This document shows, piece by piece, positions 61,052 through 64,000 of a stretch of 64,000 nt of DNA. The position numbers were made by a program, and so were the translations under genes. This stretch comes from an uncultured Bacilli bacterium (GTDB taxonomy: Bacteria; Bacillota_I; Bacilli_A; RF39; UBA660), in the NCBI GenBank assembly GCA_949425635.1, contig CASPWD010000005.1, forward strand, positions 100,328 through 164,327. The letters are read 5' to 3'. The notes beneath the pieces were generated by a model that was not told where the DNA came from, did not search any database, and was given only the letters and a program-made list of their open reading frames with translations. Numbering within the stretch: position 1 is the stretch's first letter; every line of letters begins with the position of its first letter.

Positions 61052-62056
61052 CTAGTAAAGTTCATCACTACTAGTTGCGTTTAACGTTAAATCGGCGAAT
61101 TCACCTTTTAAATATAAAGGATAAGCAGCAGCTCCAATCATAGCAGCGTTATCTGTACAATAAGCCATTCTTGGTACAGAAAGTTCAACACCATATTTAT
61201 CTGTTACTTTCTTAATTTCTCCACGAACAAATTTGTTAGCAGAAACACCACCTGCGATAATCATATTTTTAACATTATATTTTTTGATAGCAAGTTCTGT
61301 TTTTCTAGCTAGTTGATCAACTGCTGTATCTTGAAAACTTCTTGCTAAATCCGCTTTATTTATTTCATTTCCTCTTTGAGCTTCATTGTGAACTAAGTTA
61401 ATAATGCTACTTTTTAGACCGCTAAAGCTCATATTAAATGAATCATCATTCATTGGAATTGGTAAGTTATAAGAATGTTCTCCTTCTAAAGCCATTTTTT
61501 CAACGTTAGGTCCGCCTGGATATTTTAGGTCAAGAACTCTAGCTACTTTATCATAGCATTCACCGATAGCATCATCTAATGTTCCACCGATATGAGTGAA
61601 TTTATAATCATCTTCCATTAAGATTAAGTCAGTATGTCCTCCACTAACTACTAAGGCTAGTAAAGGAAATTCCATCTTTTTTTCTAAGTTATTAGCATAT
61701 ATATGGCCTGCAATATGATTTACAGCTATTAAAGGTTTCTTATATATGTAAGATAAGGTTTTAGCGAATTCTACACCTACTAATAAGCTTCCAAGTAATC
61801 CTGGAGCATATGTAACTGCTACAGCATCAATTTCATCCATCGTCATGTTAGCTTTCGTTAATGTTTCTTCTAAAACCATGGTGATATTTTCTGTATGCAT
61901 ACGTGAAGCTATTTCAGGAACTACTCCACCAAATTCGGCATGAGTGTCCATTTGAGTTAAAACAGTTAGTTGAACACATTCTGTTCCATTCTTTATTATT
62001 GCCATACTTGTTTCATCACAAGATGACTCTATTGCTAATATATTAATGTCTTTCAT
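61052..62056 (-). CDS. tsaD: tRNA N6-threonylcarbamoyladenosine transferase TsaD
   Basis: IESSCDET, GGVVPEIASR.H, HIAGH, VSGGHT, DDAIGE, AGGVSAN, TDNAAMI. Confidence 0.98.
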   Translation of the reverse strand: MKDINILAIESSCDETSMAIIKNGTECVQLTVLTQMDTHAEFGGVVPEIASRMHTENITMVLEETLTKANMTMDEIDAVAVTYAPGLLGSLLVGVEFAKTLSYIYKKPLIAVNHIAGHIYANNLEKKMEFPLLALVVSGGHTDLILMEDDYKFTHIGGTLDDAIGECYDKVARVLDLKYPGGPNVEKMALEGEHSYNLPIPMNDDSFNMSFSGLKSSIINLVHNEAQRGNEINKADLARSFQDTAVDQLARKTELAIKKYNVKNMIIAGGVSANKFVRGEIKKVTDKYGVELSVPRMAYCTDNAAMIGAAAYPLYLKGEFADLTLNATSSDELY

Positions 62057-62058
62057 AT

Positions 62059-62478
62059 TTATACATCTCTTTTCATTATTAAAGCATCGTCATTTCCATA
62101 GTATTTTTTTCTTCTATACATTTCTACAAAATTGTGTTTTTTATAAAGATTAATAGCAGGATTGTTATGTTCATTTACTTCAAGCATTATTGTCTTTGTA
62201 TCATTAAACATTGTTAATAAGTGATCGATAAGTACTGATGCAATTCCTTTATTTCGATATTTAGAATCTGTAACAATATTTACGATATCAATAGTTTCAT
62301 ATGATTTTGTAATGTGAAGAAATGCTATTAAGTCATTATTATCATAATATCCAATAATATAATCGTATGTTGAATTTAAAATATTTTCTAAATTAAATAG
62401 TTTAGTGAAATTAGGATTAATTAATGTACCTAGCTCATTAAATCTATTTAAATCTTCTATTTTTATATTATCGACCAT
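62059..62478 (-). CDS. rimI: RimI-like GNAT acetyltransferase
   Basis: YRNKGIA, LEVNEHN.PAINLY, RKKYY..DALIM; tsaB-rimI-tsaD context. Confidence 0.85.
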   Translation of the reverse strand: MVDNIKIEDLNRFNELGTLINPNFTKLFNLENILNSTYDYIIGYYDNNDLIAFLHITKSYETIDIVNIVTDSKYRNKGIASVLIDHLLTMFNDTKTIMLEVNEHNNPAINLYKKHNFVEMYRRKKYYGNDDALIMKRDV

Positions 62479-63040
62479 TTAAAGCACTTATTCCTTTGAT
62501 ATAAAGTGGTTTTACTTCGTGTGGTTTAAGAGTGTTTAATTTCATAGTATATTCGTATACGAGTTCATAATTAATGTCTAATGATGTTTCTACTTCATTA
62601 TTATTTTTGAACTCTTCATAAGCTGTTTTTCCTAAATATTTTAGTTCTTCTATTTTTTTGTTATCTTTGTCAAATTCTCCAACATAGGCTCCGTTACGAT
62701 CTTCTAGAGCAACAATCTTTTTATCCTTGTTAATATTTAAAGCAAGAATTGTTAGTGAGTCGATTACTCTTATAGGAATATTTAAACAATAAGCTATTGT
62801 TTTACCAATTGTTACAGCAATTCTCTCCCCTGTAAATGAACCTGGACCATTTACAACAATCACATTATTTATGTCTTTGATGTCAATATCAATACTTTTT
62901 AAAACTTTATCTAAAACAGGCATTGCTATTTCGCTATGTTTATTAGATGAAAGAATATCTTCTTTAGCGACTATCTTTCCGTCCTTATATAAAATTATTA
63001 AAACATTTTTGTCATGTGTATCTATAAATAAAGTATACAT
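62468..63040 (-). CDS. tsaB: t6A biosynthesis protein TsaB
   Basis: IDT, HS, GPGSFTG.RI, PLY. Confidence 0.93.
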   Translation of the reverse strand: MYTLFIDTHDKNVLIILYKDGKIVAKEDILSSNKHSEIAMPVLDKVLKSIDIDIKDINNVIVVNGPGSFTGERIAVTIGKTIAYCLNIPIRVIDSLTILALNINKDKKIVALEDRNGAYVGEFDKDNKKIEELKYLGKTAYEEFKNNNEVETSLDINYELVYEYTMKLNTLKPHEVKPLYIKGISALNGR

Positions 63041-63102
63041 AGTACCACCTCTCGTGCCTTATTATACCACAATTAGACCAAAAGAAAAAACTCTTTCGAG
63101 TC

Positions 63103-63555
63103 TTATAATACTGCTTCACATAAGTCTTCGTATTTTTGTCCATATGGAGTGAAGACTAATACTCTTGAATTGTCACCAACGACTTTGAATTTTATTTCTA
63201 GTCTTTCTTCTGGTAATTGTCCTTCAATCATTTCTGGCCATTCAATTATGCAAACACCTTCTTTGTTAAGGTAGTCATCTAGACCAAATTCTTCTGTTGC
63301 GTCATCTAATCTATAAACGTCCATATGGTATAATGGCATTTCACCATCTGGATATTCTTTTACTAGGCTAAACGTTGGACTAGTAATTGTTTCATTGATT
63401 CCTAAGGCTTTAGCAAATCCTTTAACAAATACTGTTTTACCACTACCTAATTCACCATCTAGGCAAATTACCATACCTGGAAATTTTTCACTTTCGATAT
63501 TTTCAGCAATCTCCATTGTGTCTTCTTCAGATCTTGATGTATATTTATAATTCAT
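63103..63555 (-). CDS. tsaE: t6A biosynthesis ATPase TsaE
   Basis: GELGSGKT, SPTF, HMDVYRL, IEW; ATG at 63555. Confidence 0.95.
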   Translation of the reverse strand: MNYKYTSRSEEDTMEIAENIESEKFPGMVICLDGELGSGKTVFVKGFAKALGINETITSPTFSLVKEYPDGEMPLYHMDVYRLDDATEEFGLDDYLNKEGVCIIEWPEMIEGQLPEERLEIKFKVVGDNSRVLVFTPYGQKYEDLCEAVL

Positions 63556-63706
63556 ATTATTGTCGAGTAGACGCCTCGACTGCACCTCTCTTTCAAAACT
63601 TAGCAAGTATGTGTTATTAAGGATGTCACTATATCTTGCATTATCTAAATAAATTATAACAATATTAATTTTATAATTTCAATATATATGTAATTATTTG
63701 ACATAA

Positions 63707-64000
63707 TTAGAATGAACTTAAACAACTATTTATTTTATTATATATAAATTCTGCACCTTTTTGGGTATAATGTATTCCCTCATTAGTTTCAATCATACTA
63801 GTATAATTTGGTGTATTTACAAATGGTGTATAAGTATCACAATACTTTACATTAGAATATCCCGAACTGAAGGCAGACTTTAATTTATTATTAAGAACTT
63901 CAATATTTGAATTACGACAATATTTAGCTATATTATCATTGCAGGGATTTACACTAACTATCAAGATATTCGCTTTTCCATTAACTTGATTTATTATGTT
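63707..64000 (-). CDS. C-terminal part of SGNH/GDSL hydrolase-like protein (runs off window end)
   Basis: Frame open to 64000; N..L, YCD, EGIHY block-V-like motif. Confidence 0.65.
   Translation of the reverse strand, partial: NIINQVNGKANILIVSVNPCNDNIAKYCRNSNIEVLNNKLKSAFSSGYSNVKYCDTYTPFVNTPNYTSMIETNEGIHYTQKGAEFIYNKINSCLSSF

Noticed and set aside
398-63152. Numerous short + strand ORFs in the track (e.g. 9351-9776, 14227-14679, 53739-54242) and 52716-52976 on the minus strand
   Set aside because: All are antisense shadows of well-supported genes, with no SD or recognisable motifs

Overview
Very AT-rich Bacillota chromosome segment using the standard code, with almost all genes on the minus strand. 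A reduced gut Bacilli/RF39-like host is an inference. Housekeeping flanks include: a queuosine-salvage hydrolase, a MarR-regulated heterodimeric ABC exporter, aspS with an Asp T-box, GH13, mtnN, topB, tandem-domain thyX, FemABX, an OmpR/sensor kinase pair, yebC and the tsaE-tsaB-rimI-tsaD operon. They surround a ~24 kb accessory/defence region (17.5-41.6 kb) carrying HigB/HigA-ImmA, an RloC-like ABC ATPase, a DpnII-like nuclease, DUF4238, type I R-M, Fic, DUF6119 and an OLD-like nuclease. Inside it I can delimit a ~13.35 kb decayed serine-recombinase element (25622-38974) by inverted arms and GA core dinucleotides. Non-coding signals of note: a twice-occurring 100-bp triple-hairpin element with compensatory changes, a candidate two-component-regulated sRNA, a hairpin between the SD and start codon of tsaE, and a TipA-like internal start in a MerR gene. 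I saw no tRNA, rRNA or CRISPR array. The ORF track labels 51417..52640 as minus, but it is on the + strand. All family assignments come from motif recognition by eye, not database searches.
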